In this document: piece after piece, positions 1 to 10,004 of the stretch | How positions within the stretch are numbered: the first letter of the stretch is position 1 | Layout of the letters: every line of letters starts with the position of its first letter | Origin: Burkholderiaceae bacterium | GTDB lineage: Bacteria; Pseudomonadota; Gammaproteobacteria; Burkholderiales; Burkholderiaceae_C | Length of the DNA: 64,000 nt | Reading direction: 5' to 3' | Assembly (NCBI GenBank): GCA_031253795.1 | Contig: JAIRVR010000066.1 | Span: 4,258 to 68,257 of the forward strand | Position numbers and translations under genes: made by a program | The notes under the pieces: model-generated | Databases searched by the model: none | What the model saw: only the letters and a program-made list of their open reading frames with translations | Told to the model about the DNA's origin: nothing

Positions 1-2
1 AG

Positions 3-140
3 GCCTCGCATTTCTGCATGTCCTGGCGCGGCGTGCGCGAGATGGACAGCAAGATGCTGAACTCCGTCATGCGCGGGGCCTTCCTGACCAATCCCGAGCT
101 GCGCCGCGAGTTCCTCTCGCTGGTGTCCCACCGCAAATAA
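3..140 (+). CDS. folE: GTP cyclohydrolase I, C-terminal fragment (truncated by window edge)
   Basis: Manual translation ASHFCMSWRGVREMDSKMLNSVMRGAFLTNPELRREFLSLVSHRK* matches the FolE C-terminal H-x-CM-x-x-RGV ... G-x-F ... R-x-EFL pattern. Confidence 0.85.
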   Translation, partial: ASHFCMSWRGVREMDSKMLNSVMRGAFLTNPELRREFLSLVSHRK

Positions 141-180
141 GCTTCCGGCGCGGCGCCCCGGTGCGCCGGTCAACATGCCC

Positions 181-210
181 AGGCTGCGGACCACGCGGCC
201 TTTTTCTTTT
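181..210 (+). terminator. Probable intrinsic terminator after folE
   Basis: GGCTGCG-GACCA-CGCGGCC hairpin followed by TTTTTCTTTT. Confidence 0.6.
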
Positions 211-243
211 CTGTTCCGCGTTTCCCCTTTCTCTGCGCTGCCC

Positions 244-1125
244 ATGTCGCTGCAAGCCTTTGCCCTGATCATCGTCGCCGGACTGGTCCATGCCGGCTGG
301 AACATCGTGGCCAAGAAGGCGGGAGGCGATTCGCGCTTCGCCTTTTTCTCTTCCATCATCCTGATGGTGATCTGGGCACCGCTGGGCTGGTGGGTGGGCC
401 GCGATGTGGTGCCGCTCTGGGGAATGGCCGAGTGGCTGGTGGTGCTGGTCAGCGGCCTGCTGCATGTGGCGTACTACGTGACCCTGCTGCGGGGCTACCG
501 AAGCGCCGATCTGACCGTGGTCTATCCGCTGGCGCGCGGCTCTGGGCCTCTGCTGTCGTCGATGGTGGCGGTCATCTTCCTGGGCGAACAGATCTCCTCG
601 CTGGGCGTGCTGGGCATTGCCGGCGTGGTGGTGGGGGTGTTCCTGATCGCGGGTGGCCCCGGCCTGCTGCGCGCGCGCCATGACCCCGAGGCGCGCGAGC
701 GCCTGCGGATGGGCCTGTGGTATGGCCTGCTGACGGGGGCCTTCATCGCCAGCTATACGGTGGTCGACGGCTTTGGCGTGAAGATGCTGCTGATGTCGCC
801 CATCCTCATCGACTACATGGGCAACTTCGTGCGCGTGTTCCTGCTGGCGCCCGTGGTGCTGCGCGATCTGCCCACGGCACGCAGCCTGTGGCGTGTCCAG
901 TGGCGTTTGGCGGCCCTGGTGGCCCTGGTCAGCCCCGTGGCCTATGTGCTGGTGCTCTACGCCATGCAGGACGCGCCCATGTCCCATGTGGCGCCCGCGC
1001 GCGAAGTGTCCATGCTCTTCGCGGCCCTGATCGGCGGCCATCTGCTGCGCGAGGGCGATCGCGTCGCCCGCATTCTGGGTGCCGTGTGCATTGCGGCCGG
1101 GGTGACGGCGCTGGGCCTGGGCTGA
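244..1125 (+). CDS. EamA/DMT family transporter
   Basis: About 10 hydrophobic segments in two repeats; HAGWN, YPLARGSGP and APAREVS motifs; start placed at MSLQAF. Confidence 0.88.
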   Translation: MSLQAFALIIVAGLVHAGWNIVAKKAGGDSRFAFFSSIILMVIWAPLGWWVGRDVVPLWGMAEWLVVLVSGLLHVAYYVTLLRGYRSADLTVVYPLARGSGPLLSSMVAVIFLGEQISSLGVLGIAGVVVGVFLIAGGPGLLRARHDPEARERLRMGLWYGLLTGAFIASYTVVDGFGVKMLLMSPILIDYMGNFVRVFLLAPVVLRDLPTARSLWRVQWRLAALVALVSPVAYVLVLYAMQDAPMSHVAPAREVSMLFAALIGGHLLREGDRVARILGAVCIAAGVTALGLG

Positions 1126-1234
1126 ACTCCATGGCCTGCCCCGGGAGCCGGGCCTGCCTGGGGGCTGGATGGCCATGGTGCAGCTCCGAGGCGCGCCATG
1201 CGCAACGAGCGGATGTATTGACAGGAGAGATGTG

Positions 1235-1879
1235 ATGCCGACCGTGGAAACCTTGCTGGCCTTCTTTGGCGTGGCCGTGCTGCTGGGCCTGAGCCCGGGG
1301 CCGGACAACCTGTTCGTGCTCATGCAGTCTGCCCAGCGCGGCTGGCGCGTGGGCCTGTGCGTGGTGCTGGGCCTGTGCCTGGGGCTGGTGGTGCACACGG
1401 CGGCCGTGGCCCTGGGGCTGGCGGCGCTGGTCGCGGCCTCGCCGCTGCTGTTCACCGCCATCAAGCTGTGCGGTGCGGCCTATCTGGCATGGCTGGCATG
1501 GGGGGCGCTGCGCGCAGTGGCCCGGCCGGGCGAGATGCCGCAGGCCGGTGCCGGCGACCTGCTGACCCCCGCCCAGGCGCTGCGCTGGGTGGGGCGTGGC
1601 GTGGTGATGAACCTCACCAATCCCAAGGTGCTGATTTTCTTCCTCGCCTTTCTGCCGCAGTTCGCGGATCCCGCACGCGGCAGCGTGGCCACGCAGGTGA
1701 TGGTGCTGGGCTGCGTGTTCATGATGGCGGCGCTGCTGGTGTTCGGTGCCATTGCCTGCTGCTCGGGCTGGTTCGGCGTGCTGCTTCAGCGATCCGTGCG
1801 CGCCCAGAACTGGCTCAACCGCGTGGCCGGGCTGGTCTTCCTGGGCATGGCCGTGCGGCTGGCTCTGGTGCAGCGCTAG
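1235..1879 (+). CDS. LysE/RhtB family translocator
   Basis: SPGPDN, GAAYL and NLTNPK motifs; AGGAG RBS upstream of ATG 1235. Confidence 0.92.
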   Translation: MPTVETLLAFFGVAVLLGLSPGPDNLFVLMQSAQRGWRVGLCVVLGLCLGLVVHTAAVALGLAALVAASPLLFTAIKLCGAAYLAWLAWGALRAVARPGEMPQAGAGDLLTPAQALRWVGRGVVMNLTNPKVLIFFLAFLPQFADPARGSVATQVMVLGCVFMMAALLVFGAIACCSGWFGVLLQRSVRAQNWLNRVAGLVFLGMAVRLALVQR

Positions 1880-1941
1880 GGATGCCCTGCTTTTCACCGC
1901 GGGCCATGGTGCATGGGCCGGGTCGTGGCACAGTCCATGCC

Positions 1942-2829
1942 ATGCTTTCTCGTTTGCGCAATCTTTCATGGCCTGCCGCCTTGCTGATGGCGGGACTGTC
2001 CGGGCTGATCCTGCTGATGGCGGCTGCCTGGCTGGTAGGCAGCCTGCTGAGCCAGCCAGACCACCAGCCTGTCGGCGCGCCGCCTGCAGACTGGCCAGCC
2101 CAGACGCTGCAGCTGCCCACCGATGGTGGCGGGCAGGTCAGGGGCTGGTTCGCCAAGGGGCTGCCGGGCCATGGCGCCGTACTGCTGTTGCACGGCGTGT
2201 ACGCAGACAGGCTGGCCATGCTGGCGCGTGCGCGCATGCTCCATCGGCAAGGTTATTCCGTCTGTCTGATCGACCTGCCCGCGCATGGTGAAAGCAGTGG
2301 CGAGCGCATCAGTTTCGGCATGGTCGAGGGCGTGGGCGTCCGAGCCGCCATGGCCTATGTGCGTCAGCAACTGCCCGGCGAAAAAGTCGCGGTGATCGGC
2401 ACGTCGCTGGGCGGTGCGGCCCTGCTTCTGTCCCACGTGACGCCGGGACCGGATGCCGTGGTGCTGGAGTCCGTGTTCCCCGACATCCGGCAGGCCATAG
2501 ACAATCGCGTGCGCGCGCATATCGGCTGGCTGGCGGACGTGGTCACGCCTTTGCTGGCATGGCAGCTGCCGTTGCGCCTGCATCTGGAGCTGGCGCAGCT
2601 GCGCCCGATAGACCATGTGCAGGCCTTGGGTGCTCCGGTGCTGATTGCGGCCGGCCTGCAGGACCGGCACACCACGCCCGCAGAAACCCGCCAGCTGTTC
2701 GAGGCGGCGCGCGAACCCAAGGCGCTGTGGATGGTGGAAGGCGCCGCGCATGTGGACCTGTACGACTATGCCCCCCAGTCCTACGAGCAGCGGGTTCTGG
2801 GATTCCTGGATCGATATCTGGGCCATTGA
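1942..2829 (+). CDS. Membrane-anchored alpha/beta hydrolase
   Basis: N-terminal TM helix, LLHG, AHGES, GTSLGG nucleophile elbow, D(RHT) and H(VDL) triad candidates. Confidence 0.85.
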   Translation: MLSRLRNLSWPAALLMAGLSGLILLMAAAWLVGSLLSQPDHQPVGAPPADWPAQTLQLPTDGGGQVRGWFAKGLPGHGAVLLLHGVYADRLAMLARARMLHRQGYSVCLIDLPAHGESSGERISFGMVEGVGVRAAMAYVRQQLPGEKVAVIGTSLGGAALLLSHVTPGPDAVVLESVFPDIRQAIDNRVRAHIGWLADVVTPLLAWQLPLRLHLELAQLRPIDHVQALGAPVLIAAGLQDRHTTPAETRQLFEAAREPKALWMVEGAAHVDLYDYAPQSYEQRVLGFLDRYLGH

Positions 2830-2912
2830 TGGAGACAATGGCGGGCAGGCGTTGCCTGGCCCGTCCGGCACCGCGAAATGCAAGGAGGGGTGCCCGACCC
2901 TTGATCCAGCCC

Positions 2913-3935
2913 ATGACACAGACCACGGCCCACACCATCGCCATTGCACAGGTCCTGCAGATCGTGCAGGGCGTGCGCCGCGCAGGGGTGGATGTCGAGG
3001 CCGTGCTGCGCCGTGCCGGCATTGCGCCGGCCTTGCTGGATGTGCCGCTGTCGCGCGTCACCCAGGCGCAGTATGCGGCGCTGATGCGTGTGCTGCGACG
3101 TGTCAGCCGAGACGAGCTGTGGGGCCTGTGCCAGCATCCACTGCCCGTGGGCAGCTTCGCCCAGGCCTGCCGGATCATGCAGCCTTGCCGCACGCTGGGC
3201 GAGGCCTTGCACGCCGGCCTGCTTTTTTACCGCCTGGTGCTTCGTGATTTTGCGCCGAGGCTGCAGGTGGCCGATGGCATTGCCCGCATCGTCGTGGCCT
3301 CTCGGTGCGAGCGCGATGCACCGCTGGCCTATGCCGAGCGATCATTCTGCTTTCTGGGCTATGGCGTCATGTCCTGGCTGGTCTCGCGCAGGATCGAGCT
3401 GACGGGCGTGTGCGCTCCCGGCGACAGCATGCCCTATGGCACGGAGGCGCAGCGCCTGTTCCTTGCGCCCCTGAGGCCGGACTGCGACTTCACCGGGCTG
3501 GAGTTCGATGCCCGGTGGCTGGAGCTGCCGGTGGTGCAGAGTCCGCAAAGCCTGGCCGAATTTCTGGGCCAGGCTCCGATGGGGCTGGTGGTCCGCTACC
3601 GTGGCCGGACCCGGCTGGGCGAACGCATCCGGCATCTGCTGCGGCGAGATCTTGCTGGCGAGCTGCCTTCGCTGGAGCAGGTGGGGGGCGCGTTGTCCAT
3701 GACACCGCAGACCTTGCGCCGTCGTCTGCGTGACGAAGGCCTGGGGTTTCAGTCGCTCAAGGACGATCTGCGCCGCGATGCGGCCATCGAGCTGCTGCAC
3801 CAGCCGGAGTTGACGCTGGCCGATATCGCGGCCCGTGTGGGCTTTGCGGAGGCCAGCACCTTTCACCGTGCCTTCAAGGGGTGGACGGGCCTGCCGCCGG
3901 GCGCCTACCGGCGGGCCCAGCACCGTGGCCGCTGA
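2913..3935 (+). CDS. AraC family transcriptional regulator
   Basis: C-terminal double HTH (MTPQTLRRRL...IAARVGFAEASTFHRAFKGWTG..PG.YR). Confidence 0.92.
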   Translation: MTQTTAHTIAIAQVLQIVQGVRRAGVDVEAVLRRAGIAPALLDVPLSRVTQAQYAALMRVLRRVSRDELWGLCQHPLPVGSFAQACRIMQPCRTLGEALHAGLLFYRLVLRDFAPRLQVADGIARIVVASRCERDAPLAYAERSFCFLGYGVMSWLVSRRIELTGVCAPGDSMPYGTEAQRLFLAPLRPDCDFTGLEFDARWLELPVVQSPQSLAEFLGQAPMGLVVRYRGRTRLGERIRHLLRRDLAGELPSLEQVGGALSMTPQTLRRRLRDEGLGFQSLKDDLRRDAAIELLHQPELTLADIAARVGFAEASTFHRAFKGWTGLPPGAYRRAQHRGR

Positions 3936-4075
3936 TCTTTTTTGCCAATCATTTTGAGCCGTTCGGTGATTGGTGGCTCAAGCCACCATGGCCACACTGT
4001 CGGTGGATCCCTGTCACATGGCAGGGCATGCACCCCGCAAAGGAGGGTGCAGTACATCGCACAAGGAGACAAGCC

Positions 4076-5059
4076 ATGGAATCCAGCCGACGCGGCTGCC
4101 TGCGGGCGGCCATGGCGTACGCGGCAGCGGCATCGCCCATCGCCTGGGCGCAGTCCGCAGCCGCCTATCCCTCCAAGCCACTGCGCATGGTGATCCCCTA
4201 TCCGGCCGGGGGAGGTACGGACATCATCGGCCGCATCATTGCCCAGCAGTTGAGCCAGGCCTGGGGGCAGCCCGTGGTGGTGGAGAACCGGCCGGGCTCC
4301 AGCGGGATCATCGGCAACGATGTGGTGGCCAAGTCGGTGCCCGACGGCCATACCTTGCTGCTGGGGATCACGGCCATGATCCAGTCGCCGGCGCTGTACG
4401 CGAAGGTGCCCTATGACGTACTCAGGGATTTCGCGCCGGTCTCGCAGGTAGCCCTGTCCTCGGATCTGCTCGTGGTGCCGCGCGATGTGCCGGCCGCGAC
4501 GCTCAAGGAGTTCATTGCCCTGGTCAAGTCCCATCCCGGCAAGTACAGCAACGGCAACTATGGCAACGGAACGTCCTCGCACATGCATGGTGAACTGCTG
4601 CGAGCCAGTGCGGGGCTGGACCTGGCATTGATCCCCTACAAGGGGGCGGCGCCGCTGGTCAACGATGTGCTGGGCGGGCAGCTGTCCTCTGGCTTCATCG
4701 ATGTGTCCTCGGCCAATGCCCATCTGAAGTCCGACAAGATCCGCATCCTGGCCATCACCGGCATGCAGCGCCATCCGGCCCTGCCCGATGTACCGACCTT
4801 CACCGAGCAGGGCCTGGCGGGGTTCGAGGCCAATGGATGGTTCGCGACCTTCGTGGCGGCGGGAACGCCCCGGCCGATCGTGGACAGGCTGTCGGCCGAG
4901 GTGCGGCGCATCGTGGCCTCGCCCGAGCTCAGCGGCCGGCTGACCTCCATGGGGCTGCGTCCGGTGGGCAGTACCCCGCAGGAGCTGGCCGCCGTCATGG
5001 CACGAGATCTTCCGCGCTGGGGGCGCATCGTCAAGGACGCGGGGATCAGGCTGGAGTAG
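4076..5059 (+). CDS. Tripartite tricarboxylate transporter substrate-binding protein (Bug/TctC family)
   Basis: YPSKP...PYPAGGGTD, VENRPG, PYKG, PDVPT motifs; signal peptide; AAGGAG RBS. Confidence 0.93.
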   Translation: MESSRRGCLRAAMAYAAAASPIAWAQSAAAYPSKPLRMVIPYPAGGGTDIIGRIIAQQLSQAWGQPVVVENRPGSSGIIGNDVVAKSVPDGHTLLLGITAMIQSPALYAKVPYDVLRDFAPVSQVALSSDLLVVPRDVPAATLKEFIALVKSHPGKYSNGNYGNGTSSHMHGELLRASAGLDLALIPYKGAAPLVNDVLGGQLSSGFIDVSSANAHLKSDKIRILAITGMQRHPALPDVPTFTEQGLAGFEANGWFATFVAAGTPRPIVDRLSAEVRRIVASPELSGRLTSMGLRPVGSTPQELAAVMARDLPRWGRIVKDAGIRLE

Positions 5060-6476
5060 CGCTGGCCGGCATCGGCCAGGCGGGCAGGGGTGGGCGCAAT
5101 TGCTCGAGCACGCGGGAGAGCCGCAGCACGCCCAGGTCGTCGAAGCGGCGCCCGGCGACCTGCACGCCGATGGGCAGCGCGCCATCGTGGCTGCAGGGCA
5201 CGGAGGCTGCGGGCTGCTCCGACATGTTGTAGGGCACCGTGAACCCTATGTGTTCCAGCGGACGCAGCGGGTCATTGGTCGGACAGGGGATCTGCGCGGC
5301 AAATGCCGTGATGGGAGCCACCGGCGACAGCACATAGTCGAAGGCTGTCGTGGCCTGTACGGTGGCCACGCGCACCAGATGCGACTGCTGGCTGGCGGTG
5401 TACAGCTGCATGGGCGTGAGTGACGAGGCGCTGCCGGCCCAATCGCGTATGAAAGGAAGAACCGCGTCACGCTGCGAGGCCGACAGGGCTTGCAGGTCCA
5501 TGTGCGAACGCATGCGCCAGAACTGATCCAGGCCGTCGAGCATCTGCGGCGTCAGCCAGGGCCGCAGATGCTCCACATGGGCGCCCGCCGTCTCCAGCCA
5601 GCCTGCGGCCTGCTCCACGGCGGCGCGCACCCGGGGGTGCACGGGCAGGCCGCAGCCGGCCTCCAGCAGCAGGCCGATGCGAAGGCCGCGAACCTGGGCG
5701 GGATCCATGTCGAAGCCGCTCCAGTCGATGCCATGCGCGGGCAGGCTCATGCTGTCGCGCGCATCGGGCCGCGACAGCACCTGCATCATCAGCGCCGCAT
5801 CGGCGACGCTGCGCGTCATCGGGCCGGCGCAGCGGCCCGTGTAAGGCGGGTCGATGGGCACGCGGCCCAGGCTGGGCTTGAGGCCGAAGACGCCGCACCA
5901 GCCGGCGGGAAGACGGATGGAGCCGCCGATATCGGTGCCCACATGCAGGGGGCCATAGCCTGCAGCGGCCGCGGCGCCTGCTCCGGCGCTGGAGCCGCCT
6001 GGCGTCTTGCCGAGGTCCCAGGGGTTGAAGGTGTTGCCATGCAGCGAGGACAGGCCCGAGGACAGCATGCCGTAGTCGGGCATGGTGGTCTTGGCGAACA
6101 GGATGGCTCCGGCCTCGCGCAGGCGCGCCGCCGCGGGTGCATCCTGGGGGGCGGCCACCAGCGGCATGGCCGCCGTGCCCAGGGGCGTGGGGTCGCCGCG
6201 CGTGGCGATGTTGTCCTTGACCGTGGCGGGCACGCCGTCGATCAGGCCCAGGGGCTGGCCGCGCAGCCAGCGCGCCTCGCTTTCGCGGGCCTGGGTCAGG
6301 GCGGCCTCGGGCCGCAGCAGGTAGGTGGCGCCCAGTGCGGGCTCCCAGCGCTGCACATGGTCCAGCAGCTCGCGCATGACCTCGACGGGCGACAGACTGC
6401 GGTTGCCATAGGCGCTCAGCAGTTCATGGGCGCTAAGGTCGTGCAAGGCCTGGGCCTGCGGCGCAAGTGTGTTCAT
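5046..6476 (-). CDS. Amidase (amidase signature family)
   Basis: GVPATVKD, GGSSAG, GTDIGGSIRLPA signature. Confidence 0.93.
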   Translation of the reverse strand: MNTLAPQAQALHDLSAHELLSAYGNRSLSPVEVMRELLDHVQRWEPALGATYLLRPEAALTQARESEARWLRGQPLGLIDGVPATVKDNIATRGDPTPLGTAAMPLVAAPQDAPAAARLREAGAILFAKTTMPDYGMLSSGLSSLHGNTFNPWDLGKTPGGSSAGAGAAAAAGYGPLHVGTDIGGSIRLPAGWCGVFGLKPSLGRVPIDPPYTGRCAGPMTRSVADAALMMQVLSRPDARDSMSLPAHGIDWSGFDMDPAQVRGLRIGLLLEAGCGLPVHPRVRAAVEQAAGWLETAGAHVEHLRPWLTPQMLDGLDQFWRMRSHMDLQALSASQRDAVLPFIRDWAGSASSLTPMQLYTASQQSHLVRVATVQATTAFDYVLSPVAPITAFAAQIPCPTNDPLRPLEHIGFTVPYNMSEQPAASVPCSHDGALPIGVQVAGRRFDDLGVLRLSRVLEQLRPPLPAWPMPASATPA

Positions 6477-6546
6477 GGCGGTGTCTCCTGGGGCTGGGGG
6501 GAATCCAGTGTGGGCCGCCGGGGACGGCAGCCCTGTCGCCTGCGGC

Positions 6547-8040
6547 TCAACCGGCCCAGGACAGCGCAGAGAGGTCGTTCACGAAGATGGGCATGTCCTT
6601 CCAGAGGCCACGCAGGCTCTTGTGGGCCACCGTGACCCATTGCGGAGTGTAGAGAAAGGCGTGCACCGACTCCTGGGCCAGCAGCCGCTGGGCATCGCCC
6701 AGCAGTCGCGAACGGTCGGCCGGGCGCGAGGCGTTCTTGATCTTGTCGTAGAGCTCGTTGAACTGGGCCGACTGGTAGCCCCAGTAGTAGTCGGGCTTGG
6801 CGAAATTGCCCAGGTCGAACGGCTCCACATGCGAGATCAGAGTGAGGTCGTAGTTCTTGTTGGCATATGTGCCCGACAGCCACTGGGCCCACTCCACGTT
6901 CTGCAGCCTGGCGCGTATGCCGATCTTGGCCAACTGGGCCGCGATCAGTTCGCCACCCTGGCGCGCATAGGGCGTGGGCGGCAGCGTCATGCCCAGCTCC
7001 AGCGGTGTCTTGATGCCGGCCTCGGCCAGCAGGGCCTTGGCTTTCTCCACGTCATAGGGGTTGATGCCCGTGGTGTCCACATAGCCGAAGGCCGTGGGCA
7101 CGTAATAGCTGCCGATGGGCAGTCCATAGCCGTCGCCGGCTCCGTCGATCACGGCCTTGCGGTCGATGGCGGCGGCAATGGCCCGGCGCACGCGCGCATC
7201 GTTGAGCGGCTTGCGGGCGTTGTTGATGGCCAGGATGGTCTTGGCGCGCGAGCTGCTGACCACCACCTGGAAGCGCGCATTGGCCTTGAACTGGGCCACG
7301 CTGCGCGGCGTCACGCGAGGGAAGGCATCCACGTCGCCGGCCAGCAGGGCCGCCACCTGGGCCGCAGGGTCGGAAATGAAGCGGAAGGTGGCGCGGCGTA
7401 TGCGCAGGCTGGAGGCCGCACGGTACTCTGGCCATGCCGAGAGCGTGACCGAGGCGCCGCGGATCCAGTGGCCCAGCTGGTAGGGCCCCGTGCCAATGGG
7501 GCGCGTGGCATTGTTGGGGGCGCTCTTGGGCTCGACGATGATGGACGTGGCCTGGCCCAGGACGAAGAGGAAATCGGGGTCGATGTCCTTGTTGGTGACG
7601 ACCACCGTGTGTTCGTCGATCACGCGCGTGCTCAGGCTGGCGAAGGTGCGCCTGTCCTTGTTCGTGCTCTTGTCGTCGGCGGCGCGGTCGAAGGAGAACT
7701 TCACGCTCTGGGCGTTGAAGGGTTCTCCGTTCTGGAAGCTGACGCCCTTTCGCAGCCGGAAGGTATAGGTCTTGAGGTCGGACGAAACGTCCCAGCTTTC
7801 GGCCAGCAGCGGAGACACGCTGCCGTCGGCGTTGATCTTGGTCAGTGTCTCGAACAGGTTGTACAGCACGATCTCGCCGATGGACGAGGCGGCGCCCGCC
7901 GTGGGGTCCAGGCCCGGCGGCTCCAGCGTCATGGCCAGCGTGACGCTGTTCCTGCGCTCCTGGGCCAGGGCAGGCCAGGGCGTCAGCAGCGGCAGGCCGG
8001 CAGCAGCGGTGCTGGCCAGCAGGGAACGGCGATTGAGCAT
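6547..8040 (-). CDS. Peptide/nickel-type ABC transporter substrate-binding protein (family 5)
   Basis: Tat-like NRRSLL signal, PLLAESW, YTFRLRKGV.F, PIGTGPY motifs. Confidence 0.92.
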   Translation of the reverse strand: MLNRRSLLASTAAAGLPLLTPWPALAQERRNSVTLAMTLEPPGLDPTAGAASSIGEIVLYNLFETLTKINADGSVSPLLAESWDVSSDLKTYTFRLRKGVSFQNGEPFNAQSVKFSFDRAADDKSTNKDRRTFASLSTRVIDEHTVVVTNKDIDPDFLFVLGQATSIIVEPKSAPNNATRPIGTGPYQLGHWIRGASVTLSAWPEYRAASSLRIRRATFRFISDPAAQVAALLAGDVDAFPRVTPRSVAQFKANARFQVVVSSSRAKTILAINNARKPLNDARVRRAIAAAIDRKAVIDGAGDGYGLPIGSYYVPTAFGYVDTTGINPYDVEKAKALLAEAGIKTPLELGMTLPPTPYARQGGELIAAQLAKIGIRARLQNVEWAQWLSGTYANKNYDLTLISHVEPFDLGNFAKPDYYWGYQSAQFNELYDKIKNASRPADRSRLLGDAQRLLAQESVHAFLYTPQWVTVAHKSLRGLWKDMPIFVNDLSALSWAG

Positions 8041-8168
8041 GAACAGGTCTCCGGAATGCGTGGGAAATACTGGTAGAGCGGGGGCCGCATGGCGGCCTGC
8101 ATCTGCGTTTTTACACCACGGTGCAGCGTTGCGCAGGCCTTGCGGGCTCTGGGACGCAGTCGTCGCGC

Positions 8169-8963
8169 TCAGGTCCTGGCGCCGGGCACGGCGCGGACCA
8201 GGGCCTGGGTGTAGGGATGGCAGGGCGCCTGGAACAGTCGGCGTGGCGCACCGCGCTCCACGATGCGCCCCTCGCTGAGCACGATGACCTGGTCGCACAG
8301 GTGCTGGACCACGGCCAGGTCATGGCTGATGAACAGGTAGGACAGGCCCAGTTGCTGCTGCAGATCCTGCATCAGATTGAGCACCTGGGCCTGTACGGAA
8401 ACGTCCAGGGCGCTGACCGGCTCGTCGGCGACGATGAGGCGCGGGCGCGTGATCAGCGCGCGCGCGATGGCGATGCGCTGGCGCTGGCCGCCCGAAAATT
8501 CATGCGGGTACTTGGCCAGATCCTGGCTGCGCAGGCCGACCTGGGCCAGCGCGGCCTCGGCCTGTTCGCGCTGCTGCGTGCGCGAGGGGGGCTGGGGCAG
8601 GGCCGTCAGCGGCTCGCAGACGATGGCCTGCACCGTCATGCGTGGATCCAGCGATCCGTAGGGGTCCTGGAACACCATCTGGAAATCGCGGCGCGCCGCG
8701 CGCAGGGCCCGGCCGTCCAGGCCGTGCAGGTCCTGCCCCAGCAACCGCACGCAACCGGCGCTGGGCCGGTCCAGGGCCATGACCAGACGCGCCAGCGTGG
8801 ACTTGCCCGAGCCCGACTCTCCCACCACGCCCAGGCTGCTGCCCGCCTGCAGCGTGAAGTCCACGCCGCGCAGCGCATGGACTTCGTGTGGCGCCTGCCA
8901 TAGCGAACGCCGCGGCAGCCGGTAGCTGCGTTCCAGGCCCGTCACCTCCAGCAGCGTGCTCAT
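8169..8963 (-). CDS. Dipeptide/oligopeptide ABC ATP-binding protein (DppF-like)
   Basis: [30 protein letters not shown]. Confidence 0.92.
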   Translation of the reverse strand: MSTLLEVTGLERSYRLPRRSLWQAPHEVHALRGVDFTLQAGSSLGVVGESGSGKSTLARLVMALDRPSAGCVRLLGQDLHGLDGRALRAARRDFQMVFQDPYGSLDPRMTVQAIVCEPLTALPQPPSRTQQREQAEAALAQVGLRSQDLAKYPHEFSGGQRQRIAIARALITRPRLIVADEPVSALDVSVQAQVLNLMQDLQQQLGLSYLFISHDLAVVQHLCDQVIVLSEGRIVERGAPRRLFQAPCHPYTQALVRAVPGART

Positions 8964-9991
8964 GCCGCCCCCTCCGATGCCATGGCCTCGGGCCGCAGGC
9001 AGCGCACCACGTGGGGGCGGGTCCAGGCCTGCAGCGCAGCCGGCGCGGGCAGGCGCGGCCTGTCCAGCACCAGGGGGGCCGGCTGCTCGGTATAGCAGCC
9101 CTGCTGCGTGAAGCCGCAGCGGCCCGCGAAGGGACATCCGGCAGGCAGGTCCACGAGCTCGGGCACGGTGCCCGCAATCGTGGACAGGCGCCGGCCAGGC
9201 GCGCCTCCTGCGTTGAGTTGGGGGCGCGCCGAGAACAGCCCGCGCGTATACGGGTGGGAGCGGTGGGCGAAAACGCTTTCCGTCATGCCGCTCTCGACCA
9301 CGGTGCCGCCATACATGACCAGCAGTTGTTCCACATTGCGGGCGATCACGCCCAGGTCATGCGAGACCAGCAGCAGGGCCATGGAGTGCTCGGCGACGAG
9401 TTCCTGCAGCAGGTCCAGGATCTGCTGCTGCACGGTCACGTCCAGTGCCGTGGTCGGCTCATCGGCGATCAGCAGGTCGGGATTGCAGGCCAGGGCCATG
9501 GCAATGGTGATGCGCTGGCGCTGGCCGCCCGAAAATTGGTGCGGATAGTCGTCATAGCGCCGGGCTGCATGGCGTATGCCCACGCGCTCCAGCAGTTCTT
9601 CGGCGCGCGTGCGCGCGGCCTTGCGGCCCATGCCCAGGTGGCGCAGCAGGGGCTCGGCCACCTGGCGACCAATGCTGTGAACGGGGTTGAGGGCCGTCAT
9701 GGGCTCCTGGAACACCATGGCCATGCGGTTGCCACGCAGCTGGCACAGCGCACGCTCGCCCAGGTCCAGCAGCTCCTGCCCATCCAGGCGTATGCTGCCG
9801 TCCACCTGGGCGTGCTCGGGCAGCAGACCCATGAGGGCGAGGGCCGTCAGGGACTTGCCGCAGCCGGACTCTCCGATCAGGCCCAGGGTGGCGCCGCGCT
9901 CCAGCAGAAAATCCAGGTCGCGCACGGCCAGGGCGCGGCCACGGGGCGTCTGCAATGTGATGGACAGCCGGGAGACTTCGAGCAGGGGCAT
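8960..9991 (-). CDS. Dipeptide/oligopeptide ABC ATP-binding protein (DppD-like)
   Basis: [26 protein letters not shown]-terminal GCPF..RC motif. Confidence 0.92.
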   Translation of the reverse strand: MPLLEVSRLSITLQTPRGRALAVRDLDFLLERGATLGLIGESGCGKSLTALALMGLLPEHAQVDGSIRLDGQELLDLGERALCQLRGNRMAMVFQEPMTALNPVHSIGRQVAEPLLRHLGMGRKAARTRAEELLERVGIRHAARRYDDYPHQFSGGQRQRITIAMALACNPDLLIADEPTTALDVTVQQQILDLLQELVAEHSMALLLVSHDLGVIARNVEQLLVMYGGTVVESGMTESVFAHRSHPYTRGLFSARPQLNAGGAPGRRLSTIAGTVPELVDLPAGCPFAGRCGFTQQGCYTEQPAPLVLDRPRLPAPAALQAWTRPHVVRCLRPEAMASEGAA

Positions 9992-10004
9992 GGCCGGCCT
10001 CCGC

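Noticed and set aside
141-243. Riboswitch ahead of the EamA transporter
   Set aside because: Only generic hairpins and a terminator; I recognised no aptamer consensus, so the folE terminator is the simplest reading
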